Assembly (NCBI GenBank): GCA_964587725.1
Contig: CAZPLO010000002.1
Coordinates: forward strand, 25,521 to 89,520
Direction: 5' to 3'
DNA length: 64,000 nt
From: an uncultured archaeon
GTDB taxonomy: Archaea > Altiarchaeota > Altiarchaeia > IMC4 > SCGC-AAA252-I15
This document shows positions 8,367-19,470 of this stretch, piece after piece. Position 1 is the first letter of the stretch, and the number at the start of each line of letters is the position of its first letter. The translations under genes and the position numbers were made by a program. The notes below the pieces were generated by a model that was given only the letters and a program-made list of their open reading frames with translations, made no database searches and was not told the origin of the DNA.

Positions 8367-9302
8367 TTAATAGTATTCTCTCGCGTCCCTGGCTGCCTTG
8401 AATATCTCCTCAAGGGTTTCTATGAGGTCTTTGTTCCCAATGTATATGGGCACCCTCGAGTCCATGTTTATGGGGTCTATGTCGAGGAGGTTCTTCGACC
8501 CGCAGCTTGAGCTGCCGCCCGCCTGCTCCGCTATCATCGCCATGGGGTTGCCTTCGAACACCAGCCTCAGCTTCCCCTTGGGGTTGTCGAGCGTGGCGGG
8601 GTATCCGAAGAAGCCTCCGTGGTGGAGTACCTGGTTGAAGTCTCCCACGAAGCTGCCGCCGTAGCGGTTCTTCAACCCCTTGTTACGGAGCAGCTTCACG
8701 AACAGCTCGAACTCCGGCACCCACTTCTCGGGGTTCCCTCCGACACCGTATATCTTAGGCTCCGGGAACCGCACGTTCTCGTGAAGCAGTATGAACTCCT
8801 GCGTCCCCCTCCGGGCTTTCACGAACTCGTAGACGCCGTCTCCGACGGTCATAACCAACGTGGTGGAGGGTCCGTAGAGCTTGTAGAACGCCGCCACCTG
8901 GTTTCTGCCCTTCCCCGGCTTGTCCTTGCTCTTGTAGACTCCCATTATGGTGCCGAAGAGGTTGTTGCTTTTCACGTTGCTGGACCCGTCCAGCGGGTCC
9001 ATTGCGACGTTGAACTTGCCCTTCCCGTCTTCACTTTCAACCGGCTCCGGCAGCTCCTCGCTCACCACCGTCTTAACGAGGCCGGAGTCCATCATCTTCT
9101 CCGTGAGCAGGTCGTTGACCCACACATCAAGGGCTTTCTGGTCTTCACCGTACTTGTTTTTGGTTCCCGCGTCTCCGAAACGGTGGGGGAACTCCCTGCG
9201 TATTGGTATGACCTGTTTGCTGACCTCCAGAATGAGTTCGCCTAAGTCATCGTCGACTCCTCTTCCCTGAAGGAAGTCCTTCAATGTGACTTCGGATTTC
9301 AT
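8367..9302 (-). CDS. fbp: Fructose-1,6-bisphosphatase, class I
   Basis: VSEE, DPLDGSSN, LYGPST, RYGGSFVGD, GKLRLVFE, AEQAGG. Confidence 0.93.
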   Translation of the reverse strand: MKSEVTLKDFLQGRGVDDDLGELILEVSKQVIPIRREFPHRFGDAGTKNKYGEDQKALDVWVNDLLTEKMMDSGLVKTVVSEELPEPVESEDGKGKFNVAMDPLDGSSNVKSNNLFGTIMGVYKSKDKPGKGRNQVAAFYKLYGPSTTLVMTVGDGVYEFVKARRGTQEFILLHENVRFPEPKIYGVGGNPEKWVPEFELFVKLLRNKGLKNRYGGSFVGDFNQVLHHGGFFGYPATLDNPKGKLRLVFEGNPMAMIAEQAGGSSSCGSKNLLDIDPINMDSRVPIYIGNKDLIETLEEIFKAARDAREYY

Positions 9303-9330
9303 CGTATCACTGTATTGTTAACCAAGTAAT

Positions 9331-10356
9331 TTAAACTATCCTCTGCCGTATCACCTTGTGGCCCTTGCCCCTATACTGCCGTGAAATCGTTTCCGCGGCC
9401 TTCAACCCCCTCAGCTGCACCCACGTCTCCGGAGAACTCACCACCGAGTGGGCGCACGCGAACCCGGTCTCCATGGCGTGCTCCACGTCACGGTCCCCGC
9501 AGTAGGCTGAAACGAACCCTGAGCCGAAGGCGTCTCCGGCGCCCACCACGTTCACCACCTCCACCGGATACGGTCGTGCAGTGTACTTGTGTTTGCCGTC
9601 GAACACGTACGTGTTGTTGTCGCCGTTTGTTACTACGATGAGGTCGGGCCCCACCCTGTGGAGGGCCTTGAGTATGTGGTCTACCTCCGCCTCCGGCAGC
9701 TGCGCGTCGTTCGGTCTTCTGCCCAGGAGTATCTGCGCCTCCTCCATGTTGACCATGAACACAGTAGACAGCCGCATCACCTTCCGTATGTGATCCATTC
9801 CCCTCCGGACCACGTAGCTGCTGGGGTTGAACACGATATCCTTTCCTTTGTCCACCGCCCACTCCCCGAGCTTCTTCATGGTCCTATAGGATTCGCCGAC
9901 CATGCTGGCGAAGTAGTACCAGTCGACGCCGCGGAGATTGTTTTTGTTGAAGTCCTTCCACCGAAGGTCGTTGTTGGCGCCCTTGTAGGCTAGTATTACG
10001 CGGTCTCCGTCGTCGCTTTTGATGATGATGCTGAATCCCGTGTCGTGTTTGGATTTTTTTGTGTCGACGACCTCGACGTTCTCCTCCTTCAACGTCTTCA
10101 TTATGTCGGCGGCGTTTTTGTCGTCCCCCAGTTTACCCAAATATTTCACGTCGTTTCCGAGGCGGGATAAGTCCACGGCGGTGTTGACTCCGCCTCCGCC
10201 GACACGGGTGTTCAATTCCCGCACCTGCATCTTGCTCCCAGACTCGAAGGATATGAGGTCTGTCTCGTATCCCCCAGACTCGACCCTGACGGTGCCGACT
10301 TCGACGTCGAGGAACAGGTCTGTGGTGGCGGACCCGCAGGTGAGTATCCTGCACAT
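9331..10356 (-). CDS. PfkB-family carbohydrate kinase
   Basis: GGGGVN...LSRLG signature and VGAGDAFGSGF. Confidence 0.9.
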   Translation of the reverse strand: MCRILTCGSATTDLFLDVEVGTVRVESGGYETDLISFESGSKMQVRELNTRVGGGGVNTAVDLSRLGNDVKYLGKLGDDKNAADIMKTLKEENVEVVDTKKSKHDTGFSIIIKSDDGDRVILAYKGANNDLRWKDFNKNNLRGVDWYYFASMVGESYRTMKKLGEWAVDKGKDIVFNPSSYVVRRGMDHIRKVMRLSTVFMVNMEEAQILLGRRPNDAQLPEAEVDHILKALHRVGPDLIVVTNGDNNTYVFDGKHKYTARPYPVEVVNVVGAGDAFGSGFVSAYCGDRDVEHAMETGFACAHSVVSSPETWVQLRGLKAAETISRQYRGKGHKVIRQRIV

Positions 10357-10426
10357 AACATAGAATGTGAACCGGCTCTTAAAATAGTTTAGAAGAATTT
10401 CAAAATAGTTTATAACATTTTTTAAA

Positions 10427-11578
10427 CTATTTGAAGGCTTCTTTCACCCGGTCCCACATGCCTTTGGTGGGCTGTTCCTCGACTTCCGCGAGCCGTTCCA
10501 CGGTCTCCCGCTGCTCTTTGCTCAGCTTGCCTGGGACGTGTATTACGGCCCGGACGTGCTGGTCCCCCCGGCCCCCGTTGAGGTGTGGGATTCCTTGGCC
10601 GCGCAGCCGGAAGACGGTGTGGCTCTGCGTCCCCGCAGGCACCTTAACGGTCGCCTTTCCGCCGTCTATGGTCGGCACCTCCACCTCAGACCCCAACACC
10701 GCCTGCGTGTAGGTTATCGGCATCTCGCATATTAGGTCGTCTCCGCGGCGGGTGAACACTGGATGATCTTTCTCGTGTACGACCACGTACAGGTCGCCTT
10801 TGGCGCCGCCCTGGGCTCCGCTGTTTCCTTCTCCGCGGAGCCGGAGGTGGTTGCCTTCCGCTATGCCCGCGGGTATCTCCACCTTGATGTCCCTGCCCTT
10901 CTTCTCTATGCCGTCTCCCTGGCAGCGTGTGCAGGGGTCGTCCGCTATCCTCCCCCTGCCTCCGCAGCGGCTGCAGGTGGTTACGGTGGCGAAGTAGCCG
11001 AACGGTGTCTTACGCTGCTTCCGCTCCTGTCCGCTGCCGTGGCAGACGGGGCAGGGTTTCAGTTTCCCGGATTTGCTGCCTGTGCCGTTGCATTCCCCGC
11101 AGCGTTCATACCGTTTCACCCGTATCTTCTTCTCCACCCCGGAGGCTATCTCCTCCAAGGTGAGGTCGACGTCGTATCTGATGTCCGTGCCTCTGGGAGC
11201 TCCGCCCTGCCGCCGGAATCCTCCCATGCCGCCGATGCCGCTGCCGAAGAACAAGTCGAATACGTTCCTGCCGAAGAAGTCCGACCCCGTGAACAAGTCC
11301 TCTATGTCGCTGAAGTGGCTGAAGTCCTGCCACTGGAACCCCTGCCCGCCGAAGTTCACTCCGGCGCGGCCGAACCGGTCGTAGTTGGCCCTCTTCTCCT
11401 TGTCGGCGAGGACCTCGTATGCTTCGCTGACTTCCTTGAACTTTTCCTCGGCGTCCGCGTTTTTGTTGACGTCGGGGTGGTACTTCTTAGCCAGGCGTCT
11501 GTACGCCCTCTTTATGTCGGCTTCGGACGCGTCCTTGGAGACGCCCAACACCTCATAGTAGTCTCGTTCGGAAGCCAT
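10427..11578 (-). CDS. dnaJ: Chaperone DnaJ
   Basis: J-domain with HPD, G/F-rich region and four CxxCxGxG repeats. Confidence 0.97.
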   Translation of the reverse strand: MASERDYYEVLGVSKDASEADIKRAYRRLAKKYHPDVNKNADAEEKFKEVSEAYEVLADKEKRANYDRFGRAGVNFGGQGFQWQDFSHFSDIEDLFTGSDFFGRNVFDLFFGSGIGGMGGFRRQGGAPRGTDIRYDVDLTLEEIASGVEKKIRVKRYERCGECNGTGSKSGKLKPCPVCHGSGQERKQRKTPFGYFATVTTCSRCGGRGRIADDPCTRCQGDGIEKKGRDIKVEIPAGIAEGNHLRLRGEGNSGAQGGAKGDLYVVVHEKDHPVFTRRGDDLICEMPITYTQAVLGSEVEVPTIDGGKATVKVPAGTQSHTVFRLRGQGIPHLNGGRGDQHVRAVIHVPGKLSKEQRETVERLAEVEEQPTKGMWDRVKEAFK

Positions 11579-11579
11579 C

Positions 11580-12716
11580 TCACCCTATCTCATAGTATTC
11601 CCTGACCGTTCCCCTGTAGGTCATTTCTCTGCGGACCTTGCCTTCGGGGAGTGTAAGGGGTTTGCCGTCGGAGCGCACGGTAAATGCGAAAACCTGGCTT
11701 TCGATTCGCGGATCCTCCAACCTCCTCAACGTTCTGTCTTCGCCGACAATCCGCAGGGTTTCGGAAGTCATTCTTGCTGTGCCCTCTCTTTTTAGGAGGG
11801 GGTAGATCCGGTTCTGCAGCAGACTGACTTTTCCCGGAGCGTATGTGAAGGGTCCGTAGGCGTCCCATATCTCGTCGAATCTGCCGGTTATGTCTGCGTC
11901 GTCTATGTCTGCTTCTATGAAGTTCACGTAGTCCGGGTGAGCGTAGTCTCGCCTGCTGATGCCAACCATCCTGAGCGCCACGCCGTCTGAGAACCGCAGC
12001 AGCTTCCCCTCCCCCGAGTCCACGGTCTCGTAGGGTCCGAACTCCTTCCGTAGCCTTGAGGCGAGGTCTCTGAAGGCCTTGCATTCTCCGCACCCCAGAT
12101 CCAGTACGTCGACTCTGCCGGTATTTTTCAGCCGCTCGGCTACGACATCCTGAAGCTGCGCGCCCAACAGGGAATTGTAACCCGGCCGTTCCTTGCCTCT
12201 AGAGTCTATGAAATCATACAGTCCCCTGCTGGTTATCTGGCCTCTTTCCCGCACCAGGGAAGGAACCTTATGGAATTCCTCCACCCCTCCCACGTCTTTG
12301 ATGAACCCCAGCAGAAGAATATGGGATGCCTCCCTGACTGCGGGCTTTACCACCCCCTCCTCGACCCTCTTCTGCATGAAGTCCCTGACCCTTTTAACAC
12401 TCTTTCTCCAATACAGGAAGAGTTCGTGCACCTCTTGGAGGGATTCCACCAGCTTCTGCAGCTGTTCCCCGCCTTCCACGCCCGTGTCCTTCATGAGCTG
12501 GGTCTTCCGTCGTCGGAGGTTTACGAGCGGCTTCAGTTCATCGTCTCCCAAGTCTTTGAGGCCGTATTCACTCCGCAGCTGGGATGCTGTTCTGCCGTCC
12601 CCCTGTTTTTTCACGCCGACGTCACTTACCAGTCTGTCGAGTTCGCGTTTCTGCTCCCTCCTCCACCTGGCTTTGGCCAGCAGCTCCTTCTCCTGGGGGT
12701 GGAGTCCTGATGGCAT
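11580..12716 (-). CDS. Class I SAM-dependent methyltransferase with a charged N-terminal extension
   Basis: VLDLGCGEC (motif I), EADI, FDEI and LLKREG. Start taken at MPSGLHP, downstream of the dnaK stop. Confidence 0.7.
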   Translation of the reverse strand: MPSGLHPQEKELLAKARWRREQKRELDRLVSDVGVKKQGDGRTASQLRSEYGLKDLGDDELKPLVNLRRRKTQLMKDTGVEGGEQLQKLVESLQEVHELFLYWRKSVKRVRDFMQKRVEEGVVKPAVREASHILLLGFIKDVGGVEEFHKVPSLVRERGQITSRGLYDFIDSRGKERPGYNSLLGAQLQDVVAERLKNTGRVDVLDLGCGECKAFRDLASRLRKEFGPYETVDSGEGKLLRFSDGVALRMVGISRRDYAHPDYVNFIEADIDDADITGRFDEIWDAYGPFTYAPGKVSLLQNRIYPLLKREGTARMTSETLRIVGEDRTLRRLEDPRIESQVFAFTVRSDGKPLTLPEGKVRREMTYRGTVREYYEIG

Positions 12717-12747
12717 GGGATATATTAGGGAACCGGGGGAAAAGAGC

Positions 12748-14670
12748 CTATTCCTTGTCGTCTTCGACCTCGTATTCTGCGTCGACGACGTTCTCATCCT
12801 CTTCCTTCTCTTCCATCTTCTGTCCGCCGCCTTCCTCCTGGGCGGCTGCCTGCTGTTGCTGTTGTGCGGCCTGCTGGTAGAGTTTCCCGAAGATTTCCTG
12901 GCTGGCTTTGCTGAGGTCCTCCGACTTAGACTTTATCTTGTCGGCGTCGCCCGATGAGACGGCCTCGCGCAGGTCCTTCACCCTCCCCTCCAGGTCCTCT
13001 TTCTGTTTGCCGTCGACTTTGTCTCCGAGCTCCTGCAGGGCTTTTTCGACGCTGTACGCTAGTGTGTCTGCCTGGTTGACGGTCTCCGCCGTCTCCTTCT
13101 TCTGTTTGTCTTCCTCGGCGTGTTCCTCCGCCTCCTTCTGCATCTTCTTGATGTCTTCCTCGGCGAGGCCGGACTTCGCCTGGATGGTTATGGCCTGCTG
13201 CTTCCCCGTCGCAAGGTCTTTCGCGCTCACGTTGAGTATGCCGTTCGCGTCTATCTTGAAGGACACCTCAATCTGCGGCACCCCCCGCGGCGCGGGCGGT
13301 ATGCCTGTTAACTGGAAGCGGCCGAGGCTTTTGTTGTCGGCTGCCATCGCCCTGTCGCCCTGTAAGACGTTGATTTCCACGCTCGGCTGGTTGTCTGCGG
13401 CAGTAGAAAACACCTGTGTTTTCTCGGTTGGTATGGTGGTGTTCCGTTCAATCAGCTTCGTGAATACTCCACCGAGGGTTTCTATGCCCAGCGATAGCGG
13501 CGTCACATCCAACAATAGGACGTCCTTCACCTCTCCACCCAACACGCCCGCCTGTATGGCGGCGCCGACTGCAACGACTTCGTCGGGGTTGACGCCCTTG
13601 TGGGGGTCGCGGCCGAACAGCTTCTTAACCGTCTCCTGTACGGCGGGCATGCGTGTCTGCCCGCCGACGAGTATCACCTCCTGTATGTCCGACGGCTGCA
13701 TCCCCGCGTCCTTCAACGCCTGCTTGCAGGGGCCGATGGTCTTCTCCACGAGTTCGCCCGTTAACTGCTCCAGTTTCGCCCGTGAGAGGGTGACGTTCAG
13801 GTGCAGCGGCCCGGACGGCCCCTGGGTTATGAACGGCAGGTTTATTTCAGTCTGCGTGGTAGACGACAGCTCTATCTTCGCCTTCTCGGCAGCGTCTTTG
13901 AGACGCTGCAGCGTCATCTTGTCTTCGCGGAGGTCTACGCCGTTCTCCTTCTTGAATTCGTCGGCGAGCCAGTGTATGATCTTCTGGTCGAAGTCGTCTC
14001 CGCCCAAGTGGGTGTTGCCGTTTGTGGATTTCACTTCGAACACGCCGTCGCCGACCTCCAGTATGCTGATGTCGAACGTGCCTCCCCCCAAATCGTATAC
14101 CGCAATCTTCTTCTCCGTTTTTTTGTCGAGGCCGTATGCGAGGGATGCGGCGGTCGGCTCGTTTATTATCCGCAGCACCTCCAGCCCCGCTATTTTGCCC
14201 GCGTCCTTTGTCGCCTGGCGTTGGCTGTCGTTGAAGTACGCCGGCACCGTGATGACTGCCTGCTTCACCCCCTCGCCGAGGTAGGCTTCGGCGTCGGCCT
14301 TCAGCTTCTGCAGCACCATAGCCGAAATCTCCGGGGGAGCGTATTCGCGGTCCTTCACCTTCACGCGTATGTCGCCGTTCGACGCCTCGGTTACGTTGTA
14401 GGACAGGCTCTCCCGTATCTCCTCCATCTCTGCGTCCTTGTATTTGCGGCCTATGAACCGTTTCACACTGTATACTGTGTTCTCCGGGTTGGTTATGGCC
14501 TGGCGTTTGGCGACCTGCCCCGCTAGCCGCTCCCCGTCTTTGGTGAACGCCACAATCGACGGAGTGGTCCGGTTGCCTTCCGCGTTCGGTATCACCGTCG
14601 CCTTCCCCGCTTCCATAACAGCCATGCACGAGTTGGTTGTCCCCAAGTCTATTCCAAGTATCTTAGCCAT
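12748..14670 (-). CDS. dnaK: Chaperone DnaK (Hsp70)
   Basis: [39 protein letters not shown]. Confidence 0.98.
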   Translation of the reverse strand: MAKILGIDLGTTNSCMAVMEAGKATVIPNAEGNRTTPSIVAFTKDGERLAGQVAKRQAITNPENTVYSVKRFIGRKYKDAEMEEIRESLSYNVTEASNGDIRVKVKDREYAPPEISAMVLQKLKADAEAYLGEGVKQAVITVPAYFNDSQRQATKDAGKIAGLEVLRIINEPTAASLAYGLDKKTEKKIAVYDLGGGTFDISILEVGDGVFEVKSTNGNTHLGGDDFDQKIIHWLADEFKKENGVDLREDKMTLQRLKDAAEKAKIELSSTTQTEINLPFITQGPSGPLHLNVTLSRAKLEQLTGELVEKTIGPCKQALKDAGMQPSDIQEVILVGGQTRMPAVQETVKKLFGRDPHKGVNPDEVVAVGAAIQAGVLGGEVKDVLLLDVTPLSLGIETLGGVFTKLIERNTTIPTEKTQVFSTAADNQPSVEINVLQGDRAMAADNKSLGRFQLTGIPPAPRGVPQIEVSFKIDANGILNVSAKDLATGKQQAITIQAKSGLAEEDIKKMQKEAEEHAEEDKQKKETAETVNQADTLAYSVEKALQELGDKVDGKQKEDLEGRVKDLREAVSSGDADKIKSKSEDLSKASQEIFGKLYQQAAQQQQQAAAQEEGGGQKMEEKEEDENVVDAEYEVEDDKE

Positions 14671-14672
14671 CG

Positions 14673-15152
14673 TCAATCCCCTCCGGGTTTAGTTATCTTA
14701 ACCTTTGCGGGCCGTAAAACCCTTGAATGCAGCATGTAGCCCTTCTGCAGGACCTCCGACACGGTCTCGTCTTCGACGTCGCCTTCATCGGCCATCAACG
14801 CCTCGTGGAAGCTGGGGTCGAACCGTTCGCCTGCGGGGTTTATCTCCTCCACCCCGTGTTTTTTCAGCAGATTGTCGAGCTGCCGGAGCGTCAACTCCAC
14901 CCCCTCAACCACGGTTTCGCCGCTGTTGGCGAGGGCGCGCTCCAGGTTGTCCCTGACCTCCAGGAACTCCTCCACAATCTGTTGGTTCGCGTATTTCCGG
15001 TCTTCTTCGCGCTCCCGCTCAACCCGTTTACGGTAGTTTTCGAAGTCGGCCTGCACGCTCTGCAGCAGCCCAGTGTACTCCTCCAGCTTCTCCTCCGCTT
15101 CCTTCAGGCGTTTTTCAAGCTCTTCGCCGGCCCCTTTTTTCTTCCTGCTCAC
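14673..15152 (-). CDS. grpE: Nucleotide exchange factor GrpE
   Basis: [17 protein letters not shown] and KGY...VLRPAKV; directly upstream of dnaK. Confidence 0.95.
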   Translation of the reverse strand: MSRKKKGAGEELEKRLKEAEEKLEEYTGLLQSVQADFENYRKRVEREREEDRKYANQQIVEEFLEVRDNLERALANSGETVVEGVELTLRQLDNLLKKHGVEEINPAGERFDPSFHEALMADEGDVEDETVSEVLQKGYMLHSRVLRPAKVKITKPGGD

Positions 15153-15273
15153 TTTAACCCTTCACTGCAGAACTGAGATTACTTATTGGTTTGCTTGTAT
15201 ATAAAAATCTTGTCTTCTTCTCACCCGCCCTGCCGTGATTTTATACGCCTAAAATCAATAGTTTACGTAAAAA

Positions 15274-15744
15274 ATGAATTTCCGCTCCATGGTCACGATG
15301 CTTGTCGTGTTGTCCCTGGCCGCGGCGGCCGTGTCCGCCCTCACAGACAACCCCCTCGTCAACGCACACCGGATAACAGCATGTATCCTGAAGCTGGCGG
15401 ACGACATCGCACCCTACATCGCCCTCGCGTTCATCCTAATGGGCGGCATAACATACATCAGCGGCGCAGACAACACGAAACAGATGCTGATGGGGAAAAA
15501 ATACGCCACATTCGGCGTAGTGGGCTTAATCTGCGTGAAGGTGCTGGTGGCGTTGGCGGCGATGCCTCCATTCGAAATAACCCCCGACGACTGCGTGAAC
15601 ATATCAGCCGTAGACGACCCATTAGCCTATGGATTCCCCAACCGCTACCTCGTAAACCCCGGTGACGGAGACACACTAGGAACAAACCTCCTGCTGCCGC
15701 TGACACACGCACTCAAACAACAAATAAATACCCTACCTACGTAG
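15274..15744 (+). CDS. TrbC/VirB2-like pilin-family membrane protein
   Basis: Signal peptide followed by a two-helix hydrophobic hairpin (IALAFILMGGITYIS...GKK...GVVGLI). Confidence 0.6.
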   Translation: MNFRSMVTMLVVLSLAAAAVSALTDNPLVNAHRITACILKLADDIAPYIALAFILMGGITYISGADNTKQMLMGKKYATFGVVGLICVKVLVALAAMPPFEITPDDCVNISAVDDPLAYGFPNRYLVNPGDGDTLGTNLLLPLTHALKQQINTLPT

Positions 15745-15760
15745 TATTATCCTACTTACT

Positions 15761-15787
15761 GGGCTGGTGGTCTAGTCTGGTTACGAC
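15761..15787 (+). repeat. Copy of the tRNA-Val 5' end (26/27 nt identical)
   Basis: gggctggtggtctagtctggttacgac versus ...ttatgac at 15887; followed by an AT-rich hairpin at 15788-15825. Confidence 0.85.
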
Positions 15788-15886
15788 GAACCTTTTTCTT
15801 TCTTTAAAAAGAAAGAAAAACGTTCACGAAAAAGAAAGAAAATAGCGCTAATAAAACCTAATCCCCCAAGTATTACCTGCAAGTCA

Positions 15887-15961
15887 GGGCTGGTGGTCTA
15901 GTCTGGTTATGACATCGCCTTTACGAGGCGAGGATCCCCGGTTCGAATCCGGGCCAGCCCA
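15887..15961 (+). tRNA. tRNA-Val(TAC)
   Basis: Acceptor GGGCTGG/CCAGCCC-A, anticodon arm TCGCC-TTTACGA-GGCGA, T-arm CCCGG-TTCGAAT-CCGGG; CCA not encoded. Confidence 0.97.
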
Positions 15962-16030
15962 TTTGTATCACGTCGACAGCAATGTCGTCTCACATACTGG
16001 CCCGGATAAGCGAGCTGTAAGCGAGCGGGG

Positions 16031-16044
16031 TCCGGGCCAGCCCA
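16031..16044 (+). repeat. Copy of the tRNA-Val 3' end (14 nt)
   Basis: tccgggccagccca is identical to 15948-15961. Confidence 0.8.
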
Positions 16045-16062
16045 CTCTCCTGTCATAGCGGG

Positions 16063-16899
16063 TTACTCTAGTTTTTCTCTGTTTTCTTTCATTGCTTTAA
16101 GCCTGTGGAGAACCTCTCTTCTGGGTGTTTTCTGTCTGACGTATTCGAGGCCCTTGGGCGTAAGTCCTGTGTGCCCCGGGTCATCCGCTGGGTAGAGTAT
16201 TCCTTCACGCAGGTATCTTTTCTCATCCCGCTTCAGGCTGAACTGGAAGAGCCGGTGGGGGTTGTCGACCGACAGCAGAATGAAGCCGTCCGGTCCGTGT
16301 CCCTCATAGAATTCGCTGACTGATTTCATCCTCTTTTCCGCAGTCACGTGTGAGGCAGCCACGATACTCACTCCAACACCCGCCAACACCGGGTTCCCTG
16401 TTGGGAGACTCACCCCCACACTTGTCCCCAGGAGCAGACTCTGGGCTAAGAGCTCCTCGAAGTTTGCGCCGGTTGATTTTTCCTTCCACGGAATGCTCTT
16501 CCTGTTAGACACCAGAGATTCAGCCCGCCCCTCAGTGAATGTCCTCTTGGTAAGGCGGTCTTTCAAGTCCCCCCACCGGGTCTTCATATCGCCCAGTTCG
16601 CTCACCTCCATGTCCTGGTTTATCAGGGTGTCTGCAGAGTGCGACAGCTCATGTTCGACCAAGCTCTTCGTGTCGTCTGTTTCGATGGAGTGAGTGTCCG
16701 GGTGATAAACCGAAGCCGTCAGATGGGGTTTCATGGGTTCACGAACAGGCGTCAACTCCTCCACTGGAATATCCCATACCTCGGATATTCTGTCAAATAC
16801 AGCCTTCACCTTCGGTGGGAGATTCTCTCGCCTGAACTTCCCCCATTCCGGTGGCAGGGGCAACTCTCTTCCTTCCTGTTTGTTCACCTGCTTCTGCAT
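16063..16899 (-). CDS. Hypothetical protein with HExxH motif and hydrophobic hairpin
   Basis: VEHELSH, a downstream TEGRAE glutamate, and a Gly/Val-rich hydrophobic segment. Confidence 0.6.
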   Translation of the reverse strand: MQKQVNKQEGRELPLPPEWGKFRRENLPPKVKAVFDRISEVWDIPVEELTPVREPMKPHLTASVYHPDTHSIETDDTKSLVEHELSHSADTLINQDMEVSELGDMKTRWGDLKDRLTKRTFTEGRAESLVSNRKSIPWKEKSTGANFEELLAQSLLLGTSVGVSLPTGNPVLAGVGVSIVAASHVTAEKRMKSVSEFYEGHGPDGFILLSVDNPHRLFQFSLKRDEKRYLREGILYPADDPGHTGLTPKGLEYVRQKTPRREVLHRLKAMKENREKLE

Positions 16900-16943
16900 G
16901 GTCGATTCATTATTCTTTTATCACTACAGGACTATATGCTTTC

Positions 16944-17354
16944 ATGGCCCTTCCAGACACTCCGCTGCTGACGGTGGATGCGGTGATTGTGGAAGATGAT
17001 AAGGTGGTTCTCATCCGGAGGGTTAATCCTCCGTTTCAGGGGGTGTGGGCGCTGCCCGGCGGGTTCGTGGATGTCGGCGAGTCTACGGAGGACGCGTGCG
17101 CCCGCGAGGCTTTGGAGGAGACCGGGTTGAAGGTTAAGGTGGATTCTTTGGTTGGCGTCTACAGCGACCCTGGACGGGACCCGCGGCGCCACACCGTCAG
17201 CGCCGCCTACCTATGCGGGGTGGTGGGTGGTGAACTGGAGGCCGCGGACGACGCGGCGGAGGCACGGTGGTTCAGCTTTGAAGACCTGCCGGAGCTCGCG
17301 TTCGACCACGGCAGGATACTCGCTGACGCGCAGTCTATGCTAGCACATCCCTGA
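16944..17354 (+). CDS. NUDIX hydrolase (ADP-ribose pyrophosphatase-like)
   Basis: Nudix box GGFVDVGESTEDACAREALEETGL, RDPR and LAFDH. Start at MALPDTP. Confidence 0.92.
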   Translation: MALPDTPLLTVDAVIVEDDKVVLIRRVNPPFQGVWALPGGFVDVGESTEDACAREALEETGLKVKVDSLVGVYSDPGRDPRRHTVSAAYLCGVVGGELEAADDAAEARWFSFEDLPELAFDHGRILADAQSMLAHP

Positions 17355-18363
17355 CTTCCTCCAACACAGCCTTTGTGGAGTCCAGCACTTCTCCCTCTGC
17401 GGCCGGCGCCTCACCGCCCAACAGCGTGGACACAATCCTGTGGTGGGTCTGCGGCAGCGTCTGGAGATTGTATCCGCCCTCCAACTCCAGAACAAGCTTC
17501 CCATCGCAAACTCCGTCGGCCAACCCCATCAGCTTCGCAGTCATCTCCGCATAGCCGTCGTCCGTCAGGCGTAAGCCGGATATGGTGTCAGTGGCGTGGC
17601 TGTCCTGCCCCGCCGCCACAACCAGCAGCTCCGGGCCGAACTCCCGGATGTAGTCGAGGACGAAGTCGTCCAGTATGTGGATGTAGTCCGGGTCGCCGGT
17701 GCCCGCCGGCACTGGAATGTTGACGCAGCATCCCGTTCCCCAGCCGTCGCCGACCTGCTCCACGAATCCCGTACCCGGGTAGAATGTGCGGGGGTCCTGG
17801 TGGACTGAAACCGTGAGGACGTCGGGGTCTGTGTAGAATACTTCCATGGTGCCGTGGCCTGCGTGCGCGTCCCAGTCGAACACCGCAACCCGTTTGACTC
17901 CGTGTACTTCGCGCATGTGTTCTATGGCAACGGCTGCGTTGTTGAAGTAGCAGAACCCCGCAGGCAATCCTCGTTGGGCGTGGTGGCCCGGCGGCCGTAC
18001 CAGGGCGAAGCAGTTGCCGACCTTCCCAGTCCACACCGACTCCAAAGCCTTAATCAGCCCGCCGGCAGCCAAATAGGCGGTGTCGCACGTTCGGGGTGAC
18101 ACGTACACGTCCGTGTTCAACACCGTGTTCTCGTCATACCCTGTTTCGCTCAACGTGTGGATGTAGTCCGCGTGCTCCGGAGTGTGGACGCGCAGTATGT
18201 CGTCCGAGGAGGCGGGTTCCGGATTCAGAAGAGTCAGCTGGTCCAGCAGCCCCGTCTCACGGAAGTAACTGTATGTCCCGGAAATCCGTTCAGGGACTTC
18301 AGGGTTGCCCCTGAACGGGATGTGGTTGACGTAGTCTGGATGGTACACCAATCCTGTGGCCAT
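17335..18363 (-). CDS. Zn-dependent histone deacetylase / acetylpolyamine amidohydrolase family protein
   Basis: RPPGHHA, GFCYFNN, DWDAHAGHGT, AGQD, LEGGY. Confidence 0.92.
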   Translation of the reverse strand: MATGLVYHPDYVNHIPFRGNPEVPERISGTYSYFRETGLLDQLTLLNPEPASSDDILRVHTPEHADYIHTLSETGYDENTVLNTDVYVSPRTCDTAYLAAGGLIKALESVWTGKVGNCFALVRPPGHHAQRGLPAGFCYFNNAAVAIEHMREVHGVKRVAVFDWDAHAGHGTMEVFYTDPDVLTVSVHQDPRTFYPGTGFVEQVGDGWGTGCCVNIPVPAGTGDPDYIHILDDFVLDYIREFGPELLVVAAGQDSHATDTISGLRLTDDGYAEMTAKLMGLADGVCDGKLVLELEGGYNLQTLPQTHHRIVSTLLGGEAPAAEGEVLDSTKAVLEEVRDVLA

Positions 18364-18375
18364 AATTCACGGAAC

Positions 18376-19371
<996 letters not shown>

Positions 19372-19470
19372 TCAAAATGGAGTTATGTATTGAAACCGGG
19401 TATTAAAAACGATTTTTATGCATAAATGCATATAATGTATTCTATAAGGGTTGGTTGGCTGTAACTTAAG

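Noticed and set aside
15153-15273. CIRCE/HrcA operator upstream of grpE-dnaK
   Set aside because: No TTAGCACTC-N9-GAGTGCTAA present and no hrcA in the window.
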